A stretch of DNA of 64,000 bases from Gracilimonas sp. Its GTDB lineage: Bacteria > Bacteroidota > Rhodothermia > Balneolales > Balneolaceae. The position numbers were made by a program, and so were the translations under genes. Below, one piece after another: positions 19,908-30,203 of this stretch. Position 1 is the stretch's first letter. Each line of letters opens with the position of its first letter. The notes beneath the pieces were generated by a model that did no database searches, was not told the origin of the DNA, and saw nothing but the letters and a program-made list of their open reading frames with translations. The stretch lies in NCBI GenBank assembly GCA_034520725.1, contig JAXHNH010000009.1:7252-71251 (forward strand), given 5' to 3'.

Positions 19908-21851
19908 ATGGGAAAAATCATAGGAATTGACTTAGGAACAACCAACTCATGTGTAGCCGTAATGGAAGGCGGTGAGCCGGTGGTTATTCAGAACAGTGAG
20001 GGTGGTCGAACTACTCCTTCTGTTGTGGCTTTCTCCAAAGACGGAGAACGACTGGTAGGTGCCCCTGCAAAACGTCAGGCTATCACCAATCCGGAAAAGA
20101 CCGTGGCATCCGTGAAGAGATTCATGGGCCGCATGTTTAATGAAGTAAAAGACGAAACCAAACAGGTTTCTTACAAAGTGGTGAAAGGTGACGACGGCAC
20201 AGCACGTGTTCAGATCGAAGACCGAAAATATGCACCACAGGAAATTTCAGCGATGGTGCTTCAGAAAATGAAGCAAACGGCTGAAGAATATCTGGGCGAG
20301 AAAGTAACTGAGGCCGTTATCACGGTTCCTGCTTACTTTAATGATGCCCAGCGTAAAGCAACTCAGGAAGCCGGTAAAATTGCCGGACTTGAAGTGAAGC
20401 GTATCATCAACGAACCAACCGCTGCTTCTTTAGCATACGGATTGGATAAGAAAGATGATGACCAGACCATCGCAGTGTATGACCTTGGTGGTGGTACATT
20501 TGACGTTTCTATCCTGGAACTTGGTGACGGTGTATTTGAAGTGAAGTCTACTCACGGTGATACTCACCTTGGTGGTGATGACTTTGACCAGCGTATCATC
20601 GATTTCCTTGCAGATGAATTTAAGAAAGATGAAGGCATAGACCTTCGGAAAGATCCAATGGCGATGCAGCGTCTGAAAGATGCTGCTGAGAAAGCCAAGA
20701 TCGAGCTTTCAAGCTCACAGAAAACCAACATCAACCTGCCTTTTGTAACGGCAACCGATTCAGGACCAAAACACCTGAATATCGATCTGAGCCGTGCAAA
20801 ATTTGAGCAGCTTGTTGATGATCTTGTAAAACGATCTATCGATCCTTGTAAAAAAGCTCTTGATGATGCCGGAATGAGTAAGTCTGACATCGATCAGGTA
20901 ATTCTTGTAGGTGGTTCAACCCGGATTCCAAAAATTCAGGAAGAAGTAAAAGCTTTCTTTGGCAAAGACCCAAGTAAAGGTGTAAATCCTGATGAAGTTG
21001 TTGCCGTAGGTGCTGCTATTCAGGGTGGTGTTATGTCAGGTGATGTAGAAGACGTTGTTCTTCTCGACGTGACTCCGCTTACTCTCGGTATTGAGACCAT
21101 GGGTGGCGTAATGACTTCATTGATAGAGTCTAACAGCACGATCCCAACAAGCAAGTCTCAGACATTCTCAACTGCTGCAGATAATCAAAGCAGTGTAGAG
21201 ATTCATGTATTGCAGGGTGAACGTGCCAAAGCTCAGGATAACAGAACACTTGGTCGTTTTCACTTAGATGGAATTCCACCGGCTCCACGCGGAGTGCCTC
21301 AGATCGAAGTAACATTTGATATTGATGCGAACGGTGTGCTGAACATCACGGCGAAAGATAAAGGAACCGGAAAAGAGCAAAGTATTCGAATCGAATCTTC
21401 TTCAGGTTTAAGCGACGAAGAGATTCAAAAAATGAAGAAAGCCGCCGAAGAGCACGCAGAAGAGGACAAGCAGATCAAAGAGCGTGTAGAGAAACTAAAT
21501 CAGGCAGACAGTCTGGTATTCTCAACCAAGAAGCAGCTTGATGAATACGGAGACAAGATCTCTGATGAGAATAAGAAAACGATCGAAGAGGCTGTTGAAA
21601 ACCTCGAGAAAGCACATAAGGAAGAAAACATCGACGAGATCGATGCAGCTATCGAAGCCGTGAATAAGGCTTGGTCTGGTGCTTCTGAAGAGATCTATAA
21701 AGCTACTCAAGAAGATGCTGCTACAGGAGCCGCAGGTGCTGAAGGTGCCGGCGCTCAAGGTCAGCAGGCCGCTTCTGATGACGCAGAAGGCGGTGACGAT
21801 GCCGTTGATGCCGACTACGAAGTAGTTGATGACGAAGACGACAAAAAGTAA
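19908..21851 (+). CDS. dnaK: Chaperone DnaK
   Basis: [47 protein letters not shown]. Confidence 0.99.
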   Translation: MGKIIGIDLGTTNSCVAVMEGGEPVVIQNSEGGRTTPSVVAFSKDGERLVGAPAKRQAITNPEKTVASVKRFMGRMFNEVKDETKQVSYKVVKGDDGTARVQIEDRKYAPQEISAMVLQKMKQTAEEYLGEKVTEAVITVPAYFNDAQRKATQEAGKIAGLEVKRIINEPTAASLAYGLDKKDDDQTIAVYDLGGGTFDVSILELGDGVFEVKSTHGDTHLGGDDFDQRIIDFLADEFKKDEGIDLRKDPMAMQRLKDAAEKAKIELSSSQKTNINLPFVTATDSGPKHLNIDLSRAKFEQLVDDLVKRSIDPCKKALDDAGMSKSDIDQVILVGGSTRIPKIQEEVKAFFGKDPSKGVNPDEVVAVGAAIQGGVMSGDVEDVVLLDVTPLTLGIETMGGVMTSLIESNSTIPTSKSQTFSTAADNQSSVEIHVLQGERAKAQDNRTLGRFHLDGIPPAPRGVPQIEVTFDIDANGVLNITAKDKGTGKEQSIRIESSSGLSDEEIQKMKKAAEEHAEEDKQIKERVEKLNQADSLVFSTKKQLDEYGDKISDENKKTIEEAVENLEKAHKEENIDEIDAAIEAVNKAWSGASEEIYKATQEDAATGAAGAEGAGAQGQQAASDDAEGGDDAVDADYEVVDDEDDKK

Positions 21852-21886
21852 TCTGAGACTACTCACTTACTTTTAATAAAATTAAG

Positions 21887-21920
21887 ATCCCGCTTCGGTT
21901 TTCCGAGGCGGGATTTTTTT
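21887..21920 (+). terminator. Rho-independent terminator of hsp20-dnaK
   Basis: atcccgcttcgg-tttt-ccgaggcgggat followed by T run. Confidence 0.9.
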
Positions 21921-21939
21921 ATATCGTGGTTAGCTGTGT

Positions 21940-22518
21940 AATGGAACACGGATGACACGGATTTTGAGGATAATCGCAGAGTTGTTTTTAAAATTATTCT
22001 GATACGATGACGATTAAAAAGGCATGGATGGTTATAAGAATTTTAGCTTTACTTTGAATCGACGAGTTAATTATTGGGTTCAATAAAAAACCATTGGTCA
22101 AACGACCCGCCCCTCCCTACTGTACTTTGCTTGTCTGGAGGGAGAACTTGTAAGTACGATTCAGTTGTTATCAGATTCCATTATTCTGAAACACAGATTA
22201 AGTGGATGATGGGAGACACGCGGATTTTTACTTACCAAACTCTTTAACTGCCAAAACTTTCACTAAGGCGTCCTCTTTCCTTTCGCCGGTGCCAATGACC
22301 ATAAATTTGTATAGGCGTGCCGGAGCCCAGATAATCGGGGTAAAGTAAAGACAGAGAAAGAGTCTTGTAAGACATGGCATGTAAGAAATTTAGGTTGTGA
22401 ATATCGTCAGACCGCTGAGTCATCCTGTTCCTGCTCAAGCTATTTCCGGAAGCGGTCGGCTGAGTACGAAGCTTCAAAACTATCATGCCGCGAAAATCCA
22501 CCCAATCCGTGTTCCATT
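21940..22518. repeat. 579-bp segment bounded by perfect 14-bp inverted repeats with period-9 GGAT arms (MITE-like or decayed cassette)
   Basis: aatggaacacggat at 21940-53 and atccgtgttccatt at 22505-18; GGAT at 21950/21959/21968, ATCC at 22496/22505; no credible ORF inside. Confidence 0.6.
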
Positions 22519-22544
22519 CGGATGTAGATTACGCCCAACATTCG

Positions 22545-22552
22545 TATCTTTG
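22545..22552 (+). promoter_or_regulatory. Bacteroidota-type -7 promoter box for tsaD
   Basis: TATCTTTG matches TAnnTTTG, 4 nt before the ATG. Confidence 0.6.
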
Positions 22553-22556
22553 AGAT

Positions 22557-23543
22557 ATGAACATTTTAGCCATTGAATCTTCTTGTGATGACACCTCTGC
22601 TGCGGTTTTGACCGATCAGGGCATCCAATCAAATATCATCGCCTCTCAGTCTATACACCTGCAGTTTGGTGGCGTAGTGCCGGAGTTAGCCTCACGTGCT
22701 CATCAGAAAACCATCACGCAAACGGTACAGCAGGCGCTGCAAGAAGGAAAGACATCTTTGGATGAAATTGAGGCCATTGCCGTAACGCAGGGTCCTGGTT
22801 TGCTCGGTTCACTGTTAGTAGGAATTTGTTTTGCCAAGGGTTTAGCCCTTTCCCGTGAAATCCCACTTATTGGGGTGAACCACATGGATGCTCATATATA
22901 TGCCAACTTTATCGATCATGAGCCCGGGTTTCCATTGGTTGCTCTAACTGTTTCCGGTGGCCATACACAGCTTGTGCACGTTAAATCCCCATTCGAGCAT
23001 CAGATTATTGGTACAACCCGTGATGATGCGGCCGGAGAGGCATTTGATAAGATCGGTAAACTGCTTGGATTACCTTACCCTGCTGGTCCGCATATTGATA
23101 AGCATGCAAAGGATGGTGATCCAAAGTTTCACAAATTTCCACAGGCTTTGCTTAAAGAAGGACTCGATTTTAGCTTCTCTGGATTAAAAACCAGTGCGTT
23201 GTATTATTTGCAGGATAAAGAGGAAGAATGGATACAGGAGCACCTGAATGATATTTGTGCCAGCGTTTCTTATGCGATTGCGGAGGTGTTGGTGAAGAAA
23301 TTAAAACGTGCCATAAAACAAACGGGAGTGAAAACAGTATTGCTGGCCGGTGGCGTTTCGGCCAACTCCATGCTTCGGGAGAAATCTGAAAAGATGGCAA
23401 TGGAAATGGGTGTTCAGCTCTATTCCCCCAAAATAAGTTACTGCACCGACAACGCTGCGATGATCGCCATAACCGGGAAGTTTAAAGCAGATTTAGGTCA
23501 GTTTGATGATTTAGATATGGTGCCTTTTGCTTCACTTTCGTAA
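22557..23543 (+). CDS. tsaD: tRNA N6-threonylcarbamoyltransferase complex subunit TsaD
   Basis: LAIESSCDDT, GGVVPELASRAH, NHMDAH, VSGGHT, DDAAGEAFDK, DNAAMIA. Confidence 0.98.
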   Translation: MNILAIESSCDDTSAAVLTDQGIQSNIIASQSIHLQFGGVVPELASRAHQKTITQTVQQALQEGKTSLDEIEAIAVTQGPGLLGSLLVGICFAKGLALSREIPLIGVNHMDAHIYANFIDHEPGFPLVALTVSGGHTQLVHVKSPFEHQIIGTTRDDAAGEAFDKIGKLLGLPYPAGPHIDKHAKDGDPKFHKFPQALLKEGLDFSFSGLKTSALYYLQDKEEEWIQEHLNDICASVSYAIAEVLVKKLKRAIKQTGVKTVLLAGGVSANSMLREKSEKMAMEMGVQLYSPKISYCTDNAAMIAITGKFKADLGQFDDLDMVPFASLS

Positions 23544-23604
23544 ATGTTGAATGCTTAATTTTAAAAGTTAAATGAAGAGACTAACCATTTAACATTTAAA
23601 ATTA
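23541..23604. repeat. Period-7 AT-rich palindromic array between convergent tsaD and rnhA
   Basis: ttttaaaagttaaatg ... catttaacatttaaaa inverted arms built from (T)TAAATG-like heptamers. Confidence 0.6.
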
Positions 23605-24054
23605 TCTCACTGAAAATTTCTGCGAAGCTGCGACTGCCAGCTGATCTGCCCGTTCGTTTAATTCAATGCCAGCGTGTCCTTTTACCTTCACCCAAACTAC
23701 TTGGTGTGGTTTCATGGCTTTCAACATTTCCTGCCATAGTTCTTTGTTTTCAACCGGCTTTTTGTTGGATTTTCGCCAGCCGCGTTTTTGCCAGTTTTTG
23801 ATCCAGCCCTGTTCAAATGCATTGATGATAAGTGCGCTGTCGCTGTGGATCTTTACCAGGCACGGTTTTTTCAATGCCTTCAATGCCTCAATAACAGCCT
23901 GCATTTCCATCCGGTTGTTGGTCGTCTGAGGATCTCCTCCGGAAAGCTCCTTTTCGGTTCCATTCCACCTGAGAATAGCTCCCCAGCCACCCGGGCCGGG
24001 ATTTCCACTGCAAGCTCCGTCGGTATAAACTATGACTTCCGGTTTATTGGACAT
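23602..24054 (-). CDS. rnhA: Ribonuclease HI
   Basis: [42 protein letters not shown]. Confidence 0.97.
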   Translation of the reverse strand: MSNKPEVIVYTDGACSGNPGPGGWGAILRWNGTEKELSGGDPQTTNNRMEMQAVIEALKALKKPCLVKIHSDSALIINAFEQGWIKNWQKRGWRKSNKKPVENKELWQEMLKAMKPHQVVWVKVKGHAGIELNERADQLAVAASQKFSVR

Positions 24055-24886
24055 ATTGAGCTGTAATCTGACTTAACTTTTGTTTCATGGTTTTTGCGGC
24101 ATTGGCAACGTGTTCAGGCCAGTCACTTTCGTCTTTACCGGCATATATAATGCCCCGGCTCGAATTGATAAGTGCCAGACCCTTGTGTTGTTTTAGTGCA
24201 CGTGTGAGCTCAGTTATTGAACCACCTTGTGCTCCGATACCCGGTATCAGTAAAGCACCTTTGGGGTGATAATTTAACACAGATTCAGCTTCATCAGCCT
24301 GAGTGGCACCAATGACCATACCCAGGTGTGATTTTGAAGAACCGGATCTCTTATTCAGCTTACTGGCAATAAACTGACTCATCATGTCATAACCGGAAAA
24401 CGGCTTCTTCAAAAAATCATTCGCACCGGTATTTGAAGTTAGTGTGAGGACATAAATGCCTTTCGTCTCATCTTTAGAAAAAGCATCAAGTGTCTCGAAT
24501 CCCATCAGTGGATTAAGGGTGATGGCATCTACATTAAATTTATCCCAAAATGCATTTTTATAATGTTCGGCTGTAGAGCTGATATCACCGCGCTTTGCAT
24601 CAGCGATAATGATCTTATCGTTCGGAATATGTTCTATCACTTCTTTAAAAACAACCAATCCATTTGGCCCCAAAGCTTCAAAAAATGCCAGGTTAGGTTT
24701 GTAAGCTGCACAATGATGAGCCGTGTAATTGACCACAAGTTTACAGAAATAGGTGACCTGTTCTTCAGGTGTCTCGAATTGATCTTTTACAGGGTTTGGA
24801 AGCAGATTTAAATTTGGATCCAATCCCACGCAAAGGGTTGATCCGGTTTTTGAAATGGATGTTCGGAGTTTTTCTAAAAATGTCAT
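24044..24886 (-). CDS. pyrF: Orotidine-5'-phosphate decarboxylase (intact copy)
   Basis: [40 protein letters not shown]; real start ATG 24886 (MTFLEKL). Confidence 0.95.
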   Translation of the reverse strand: MTFLEKLRTSISKTGSTLCVGLDPNLNLLPNPVKDQFETPEEQVTYFCKLVVNYTAHHCAAYKPNLAFFEALGPNGLVVFKEVIEHIPNDKIIIADAKRGDISSTAEHYKNAFWDKFNVDAITLNPLMGFETLDAFSKDETKGIYVLTLTSNTGANDFLKKPFSGYDMMSQFIASKLNKRSGSSKSHLGMVIGATQADEAESVLNYHPKGALLIPGIGAQGGSITELTRALKQHKGLALINSSRGIIYAGKDESDWPEHVANAAKTMKQKLSQITAQYVQ

Positions 24887-25324
24887 AGATGAAAATTTTT
24901 GAGGAAGATAACATTTCTCGCATCTAATATTTTGGTTGAAAAAATGATACGATAGAGACGATTTTTCGCCCGGGGTGTTACGGATAATCATTAACGACCG
25001 AAAATTAGCTACGGTTATCTTCTTGGCGAATTGGTTGCCAAAATCCGATTTAAGATCTCGCCTTTATGTATTATTGGGGCAGAGTTTCTATTGTCATAAA
25101 CTATATCTCGGGGTTACCAACATATTGCTCCTACAAAGTATTGGTTGTATAATATGCTGTTTGATCAAGTTTCATTCTTCAGACCACTAAATAATTATAT
25201 CTTCAAAACTCTTTCCCGAAACGGTCGGGCCATCACTATGTTTATACTTGTAAAAGCATTGGGTAGCAGGTTCAATTTTTTTAGTTTATCCTAGTGTACG
25301 CAACTATCCACCAAATAAGTTACT

Positions 25325-28300
25325 ATGAAACTATTTGATACCATTTCTTTAGCCCCTAAACTTCTTTTTATCGTTCTTTTTTCCTTATTAACAACAGATG
25401 TTGTTCTGGCGCAAAATGGCGATACGAATTCTGATTCGACAGAAGCAGAAGAACTCAATGAACTCCCACTGGAGCCCGGCCGTGAATTCTCTTTTGATCT
25501 TACGGAAGGCTCATGGATCTCACTAGATGTGAGTCCCGATGGCCAAACTATTGTTTTTGATTTTCTCGGAGACCTGTACACACTCCCGATGAGTGGTGGA
25601 GAGGCAACTCAGATCACCGAGGGAATGCAGTTTGATAGCCAGCCCAGATACAGTCCGGATGGCTCTAAGATCGCTTATATCTCGGATGCTTCAGGTGGTG
25701 AGGGAGTATGGTTTTATGATGTGAAAACAGAAGAAAATGAGCAGCTTACGAAAGGCAAAGACAATGAATATCAGTCGCCCGAATGGACACCGGATGGTCA
25801 ATATGTGATCGCTTCCAAAGATGATCCCGGTAACCACAAGATTTGGTTGTACCATATTGATGGGGGATCCGGAACTCCATTGGTTGACGAGCCCGGTAAT
25901 CTTCGCATGACCGAAGGTGCTTTTGGTGCGGATGAACGCTACGTGTGGTTCTCCAGAAGATCAGGAACCTGGAACTACAATGCATCGCTCCCACAGTATC
26001 AAATTGCGACCTATGATCGTGAAACGGGTGACATTAATACGCAAGGCGATCGATATGGATCTTCATTCCGTGCAACGCTTTCAAGTGATGGCAAATGGTT
26101 GGTATATGGAACGCGCCACGATGAGCACACTGGTTTAGTAAAACGTAATCTTGATACCGGGGATGAAAGCTGGTTAGCGTATCCGGTCCAGCATGACGAT
26201 CAGGAATCGCGTGCTTCGCGGGATGTACTGCCAGGAATGTCCTTCACCCCGGATAATAACCATGTTGTGACTTCTTATGATGGAAAGATTTGGAAGCTTC
26301 CCATTGATGGTGGTGATGCTGTTGAGATTCCCTTCAGAGTAAGAGGCACTATCGAACTGGGACCTGAGCTTGATTTCGATTATCCAATAGAGGACACCTC
26401 TCAGTTTGAGATTACTCAGATCAGGGATGCTGTACCTTCCCCCGATGGAAATAGAATTGCTTTTACAGCTTTGAATGAGATATACACGATGGAATTGCCG
26501 GATGGTGAACCCCGCAAATTGGTGGATGTGGATGAAACACAGGCCCAGCCCGTTTGGTCACCCGATGGTGAATGGATCGCTTTTGTAACCTGGACACCGG
26601 AAACAGGAAAACTGTATAAAGTTCGCCCTAATGGCAGGCGTCTTCAGCAACTGAATGAGGAAGAAGGTGTGTTTCAGGATCCTGTTTGGAATAACGCAGG
26701 TGATCGAATTGTGGTTATCAAAGGTCTGCCACAGGATTTCCGGAATGCAACACAAAGGTCTGCCTTTCAGGGAACAAGTGATTTGATCTGGATCGATGCG
26801 GATGGCAGTGAAAATAATTTCATCACTTATACCAATGGACGATCTAATCCACACTTTGTGAAAGGATCTGACCGGATCTACCTCTCAAGCTGGGGAGGAT
26901 TGACCTCCATCAGATGGGATGGAACTGATGAGAAAGAGCATCTTGAAGTAAACCGAAACGGTGGTGGAAATGCATCATGGATACGTATGGCACCTGAAGG
27001 TGATCAGGCACTGGCTCAGATCGGGACCGATCTCTTTGTTGTGACAGTGCCACAGGTTGGGGGTGAAGCTCCGGACATTAGCGTAGGAGGCTCCTCAAGT
27101 GCTTTTCCAAGCCTGAAATTAACGGATATTGGTGGGCAATTCCCTGCATGGGCTTGGGATGCCAATAAAATTCATTGGTCCATCGGTAATGCTCATGTGA
27201 TCTATGATCTTGTAGCCCAAGAAGTCTACAGTGATAGTCTGGAAGCTGTCAAAGAAATGGAGGAAGAGAAAGAGGATCCCAAAACTGATGATGAGGAAGC
27301 TGACGAAGAAGAAGATGAAAAGAAAGATGAAGGTTATAAACCTTTGGAGATTCGAATCAGTGTCATGGCCGACCGTGATATTCCTGAAGGTGTCATGGTA
27401 CTTCGTGGGGCCAAGGTTATCACCATGAATGGTGACGAGATCATTGAAAATGCTGATCTGGTGATCGAAAATAATCGCATCACAGATGTGGGCGCGAGAG
27501 GGGAAGTTGAAATACCATCCGGCGCCGAGATCAAGGATGTATCCGGAAAGACGATCATTCCCGGATTTGTAGATACTCATGCTCACTTTCGTCACCCTGT
27601 GAATTTGCACCGCGGCGAATTCTGGAGTTACATGACGAATTTGGCGTATGGTGTTATCACCACAAGAGACCCACAGACTGCGACTACCGATGTATTGACG
27701 TATCAGGATCTGGTTCATGCCGGAAAACTGTTGGGACCCAGAGTGTACTCAACCGGTCCCGGAGTGTTCAGCAGTGAGAATATCAAAGACCTTGATCATG
27801 CCCGCGAGGTAATGAAGCGGTACAGCGATTATTACGATACCAAAACCATTAAAATGTATGGAGCGGGTAACCGTGAACAGCGTCAGTGGATCATTCAGGC
27901 CTCAAAGGAAGAAGAGTTGATGCCTACTACTGAAGGATCGCTTGATTTCAAGGAAAACCTGACTCAGGTCATTGATGGGTATCCGGGGCACGAGCATTCA
28001 TTCCCGGTATTCCCACTTTATCAGGACGTGATCGATCTGGTGGCGTTTTCCAGAACGGTTTACACGCCAACCTTGCTGGTTGCTTATGGCGGACCGTGGG
28101 CAGAGAATTACTATTATGCAACCGAACGCCCGCATGATGAGACAAAACTGCAGAGGTTCATGCCACATCAAAATCTGGATGAACGAACCCGTCGCAGAAA
28201 TGCGGGATGGTTCATGGAAGAAGAGCATGTATTTGAAGAACTATCGGTATTTGTAAAAGACCTGGTGGAAGCCGGTGGCCGCGCAGGTGTGGGAAGTCAT

Positions 28301-28645
28301 GGGCAGCTGCAGGGACTCGGTTATCACTGGGAGCTATGGGCTATGCAGGCCGGTGGAATCTCTGAGCATGACGTTCTAAAGGTTGCAACCATTCAGGGTG
28401 CTGAGGCAATTGGACTGGATACTGATCTTGGAACTATCGAAGAAGGAAAGTTAGCTGACTTATTGATCCTGAACAGTGATCCCCTGGAAGATATCCGCAA
28501 TTCAAAAGATCTTGAATACATCATGAAGAACGGATATATGTACGAAGCAGAAACGCTGAATGAGGTATTCCCGAATCAGAAAGAATTACCAACCTTCTGG
28601 TGGCAGAATACGGAGCCGGCAGGAGTTCCCGGAGTAGAAAAATAG
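25325..28645 (+). CDS. Secreted amidohydrolase with TolB/PD40 beta-propeller repeats
   Basis: Signal peptide; LDVSPDG/SPDG repeats; IPGFVDTHAH; GSHGQLQG; GTIEEGKLADL. Confidence 0.9.
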   Translation: MKLFDTISLAPKLLFIVLFSLLTTDVVLAQNGDTNSDSTEAEELNELPLEPGREFSFDLTEGSWISLDVSPDGQTIVFDFLGDLYTLPMSGGEATQITEGMQFDSQPRYSPDGSKIAYISDASGGEGVWFYDVKTEENEQLTKGKDNEYQSPEWTPDGQYVIASKDDPGNHKIWLYHIDGGSGTPLVDEPGNLRMTEGAFGADERYVWFSRRSGTWNYNASLPQYQIATYDRETGDINTQGDRYGSSFRATLSSDGKWLVYGTRHDEHTGLVKRNLDTGDESWLAYPVQHDDQESRASRDVLPGMSFTPDNNHVVTSYDGKIWKLPIDGGDAVEIPFRVRGTIELGPELDFDYPIEDTSQFEITQIRDAVPSPDGNRIAFTALNEIYTMELPDGEPRKLVDVDETQAQPVWSPDGEWIAFVTWTPETGKLYKVRPNGRRLQQLNEEEGVFQDPVWNNAGDRIVVIKGLPQDFRNATQRSAFQGTSDLIWIDADGSENNFITYTNGRSNPHFVKGSDRIYLSSWGGLTSIRWDGTDEKEHLEVNRNGGGNASWIRMAPEGDQALAQIGTDLFVVTVPQVGGEAPDISVGGSSSAFPSLKLTDIGGQFPAWAWDANKIHWSIGNAHVIYDLVAQEVYSDSLEAVKEMEEEKEDPKTDDEEADEEEDEKKDEGYKPLEIRISVMADRDIPEGVMVLRGAKVITMNGDEIIENADLVIENNRITDVGARGEVEIPSGAEIKDVSGKTIIPGFVDTHAHFRHPVNLHRGEFWSYMTNLAYGVITTRDPQTATTDVLTYQDLVHAGKLLGPRVYSTGPGVFSSENIKDLDHAREVMKRYSDYYDTKTIKMYGAGNREQRQWIIQASKEEELMPTTEGSLDFKENLTQVIDGYPGHEHSFPVFPLYQDVIDLVAFSRTVYTPTLLVAYGGPWAENYYYATERPHDETKLQRFMPHQNLDERTRRRNAGWFMEEEHVFEELSVFVKDLVEAGGRAGVGSHGQLQGLGYHWELWAMQAGGISEHDVLKVATIQGAEAIGLDTDLGTIEEGKLADLLILNSDPLEDIRNSKDLEYIMKNGYMYEAETLNEVFPNQKELPTFWWQNTEPAGVPGVEK

Positions 28646-28708
28646 TGTTATAGTGTTAAAGTGTTAACGAAAAAACGGTAACACTTTAACACCTTAGCAC
28701 CTTATCAC
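28644..28708. repeat. Period-8 palindromic array between convergent genes
   Basis: GTGTTA at 28645/28653/28661 and TAACAC-like units at 28679/28687/28695/28703. Confidence 0.75.
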
Positions 28709-29376
28709 TATAAAACCGTCTCAGGGTGGACTTCTTCAAACCCATGAGGGGGACGATCTAGTGTCCAGGTTTCGAAATAGAAATGGCGTTCAGTGTTGAA
28801 CTTCTTTCCATTGATGCTGAAAAAGCGAAAATGGTCCGGCACTAATTTTTGCAATGGAAAGAACATATTGCGATACACGTTTTTTTTGGAGAATATCTGA
28901 AGGTCAAAACCATCTTTTGACAGAACTTTGTAAATAACGATATGCCCGTCATCTATGGTTTTCCTTAACGCTTCTTTGTGGTAACCATTATCTGAATCCT
29001 TAATAATGTGAAGTTGAGATATATTCTCTGCGAAATCTTTCTCTTCAGTAAGTATGATAGTTTCTCCAATATCCAAAGCCTGTATTGCGTCCTTTAGTGA
29101 GGGGAATTCGGATTTGTGTGTGAATATATTTGCTCCCTTAAAAGCTGTCTCAAGTGCATTGATGAGTTCTTCGTAGGCTGAAAGAACATTCAATCCAAAA
29201 CGCTCTTCATTCAGGTCGGTTCCGGTAAAGTAGAATCTGGAGTAGGTGGGGTCAGGCTTCATAAAATCCTGAAGCGAAGAGGCCATTTGTTTTGGGCTTT
29301 CAGATGCTTTTTGTTTACTCAGTTTATCAAGTCTCTGATCGTGATGGAAAATGAGTTTGAATATATTTGTAGTCAT
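28708..29376 (-). CDS. Hypothetical protein, intact copy A
   Basis: 222-aa ORF; homologous copy at 33273-33934; C-terminal YFETWTLDRPPHGFEE. Confidence 0.75.
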   Translation of the reverse strand: MTTNIFKLIFHHDQRLDKLSKQKASESPKQMASSLQDFMKPDPTYSRFYFTGTDLNEERFGLNVLSAYEELINALETAFKGANIFTHKSEFPSLKDAIQALDIGETIILTEEKDFAENISQLHIIKDSDNGYHKEALRKTIDDGHIVIYKVLSKDGFDLQIFSKKNVYRNMFFPLQKLVPDHFRFFSINGKKFNTERHFYFETWTLDRPPHGFEEVHPETVL

Positions 29377-29388
29377 GTAAGAAAGACC

Positions 29389-29571
29389 TTAACAACAATT
29401 TTCGATTCTATTGAACAATTCTTCGACAAAGCCTTCATGTTCCGGTTTCATGAAGACACTTCGTAAGATGGTGACGTCCTCAGCATTTACTTCGAAATCA
29501 GGGTGGTGTTTAGTAAATGCCTTTACCGGGATATTGTATAACGAAAGGTAAAATGAACGCTCCTTCATTCC
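29389..29571 (-). pseudogene. 3' fragment of a PLP-dependent decarboxylase fused to truncated pyrF
   Basis: MKERSFYLSLY...EDVTILRSVFMKPEHEGF matches the C-terminus encoded at 38562-38750. Confidence 0.85.
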
Positions 29572-29997
29572 TTTTTCTTCATACTTGGCAAAAGATTCGA
29601 GGGTCTCAAATCCCATTAGTGGGTTTAAATTGATAGCATCTACATCAAAATTTTCAAAAAAGGTTTTTTTATAATGCTCGGCGGTAGAGCTGATATTGCC
29701 TCTTTTGGCATCTGCAATAACAATTTTATTGTCAGGAATATGGTTTATGACTTCCTCTAACACCTCGAAACCCTTGCTGCCCAATGCTTCGAAAAAGGCT
29801 AAATTTGGTTTGAAAGCTGCACAATATTCAGCAGTGTAGTCGATAATAAGCTTGCAAAAAAAGAAACTTAATCTTTGGGTTTATCGAACTGATTTTTTTA
29901 CCGGTTGCGGAAGTAAATCCAAATTGGGATCCAATCCCACACACAAGGTAGATTTGCTTTCTGCTATGCATTGCTGCAGTTTGTTGATATACGTCAT
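29567..29997 (-). pseudogene. pyrF: 5' half of a second, diverged pyrF
   Basis: MTYINKL...[11 protein letters not shown]...DAKRGNI; two compensating homopolymer frameshifts and an in-frame TAA; truncated at codon ~143. Confidence 0.9.
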
Positions 29998-30068
29998 AGG
30001 CTGCGAATAATTTTTTGACTGAAGAGAACATTATTCAAGCGAAATGCAGGAGAAACAAAGAGCTTCAA

Positions 30069-30203
30069 TTAACCGCAATTGCAGTCAGGCCCACAGTTAT
30101 CTTTACATTTTTTCCAGGGAAGATGTTTTCCTGCCACCTTCATGAAAATGTAACCGGCACTCAGTACAAATAGGGAAAAAGCAATTATAGTTTGAAAATC
30201 CAT
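30069..30203 (-). CDS. FeoB-associated Cys-rich small membrane protein
   Basis: 44 aa MDFQTIIAFSLFVLSAGYIFMKVAGKHLPWKKCKDNCGPDCNCG; ATG overlaps the feoB TAA. Confidence 0.8.
   Translation of the reverse strand: MDFQTIIAFSLFVLSAGYIFMKVAGKHLPWKKCKDNCGPDCNCG

Noticed and set aside
22261-22500. RNase P, tmRNA, SRP, 6S RNA, group I intron or hammerhead ribozyme
   Set aside because: Signature sequences (GAGGAAAGUCC, tRNA-like ends, GGAAGGAAGCAG, P7 pairing, CUGAUGA-GAAA) are absent or only partially matched.
22244-22501. 85-aa minus-strand ORF as an IS200/RAYT or four-helix-bundle gene
   Set aside because: No HUH motif, catalytic Tyr or four-helix-bundle motif in any frame I translated.
27119-27718. 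199-aa antisense ORF, and similar shadows at 18524-19069, 45452-45976, 62179-62598
   Set aside because: They lie wholly opposite well-supported genes, have no family motifs, and are explained by codon bias of the sense strand.
29389-29784. Functional novel PyrF-decarboxylase fusion protein (131-aa ORF)
   Set aside because: The upstream pyrF part has a nonsense codon and frameshifts, and the product lacks half the TIM barrel and the PLP site; it is a junction by-product.
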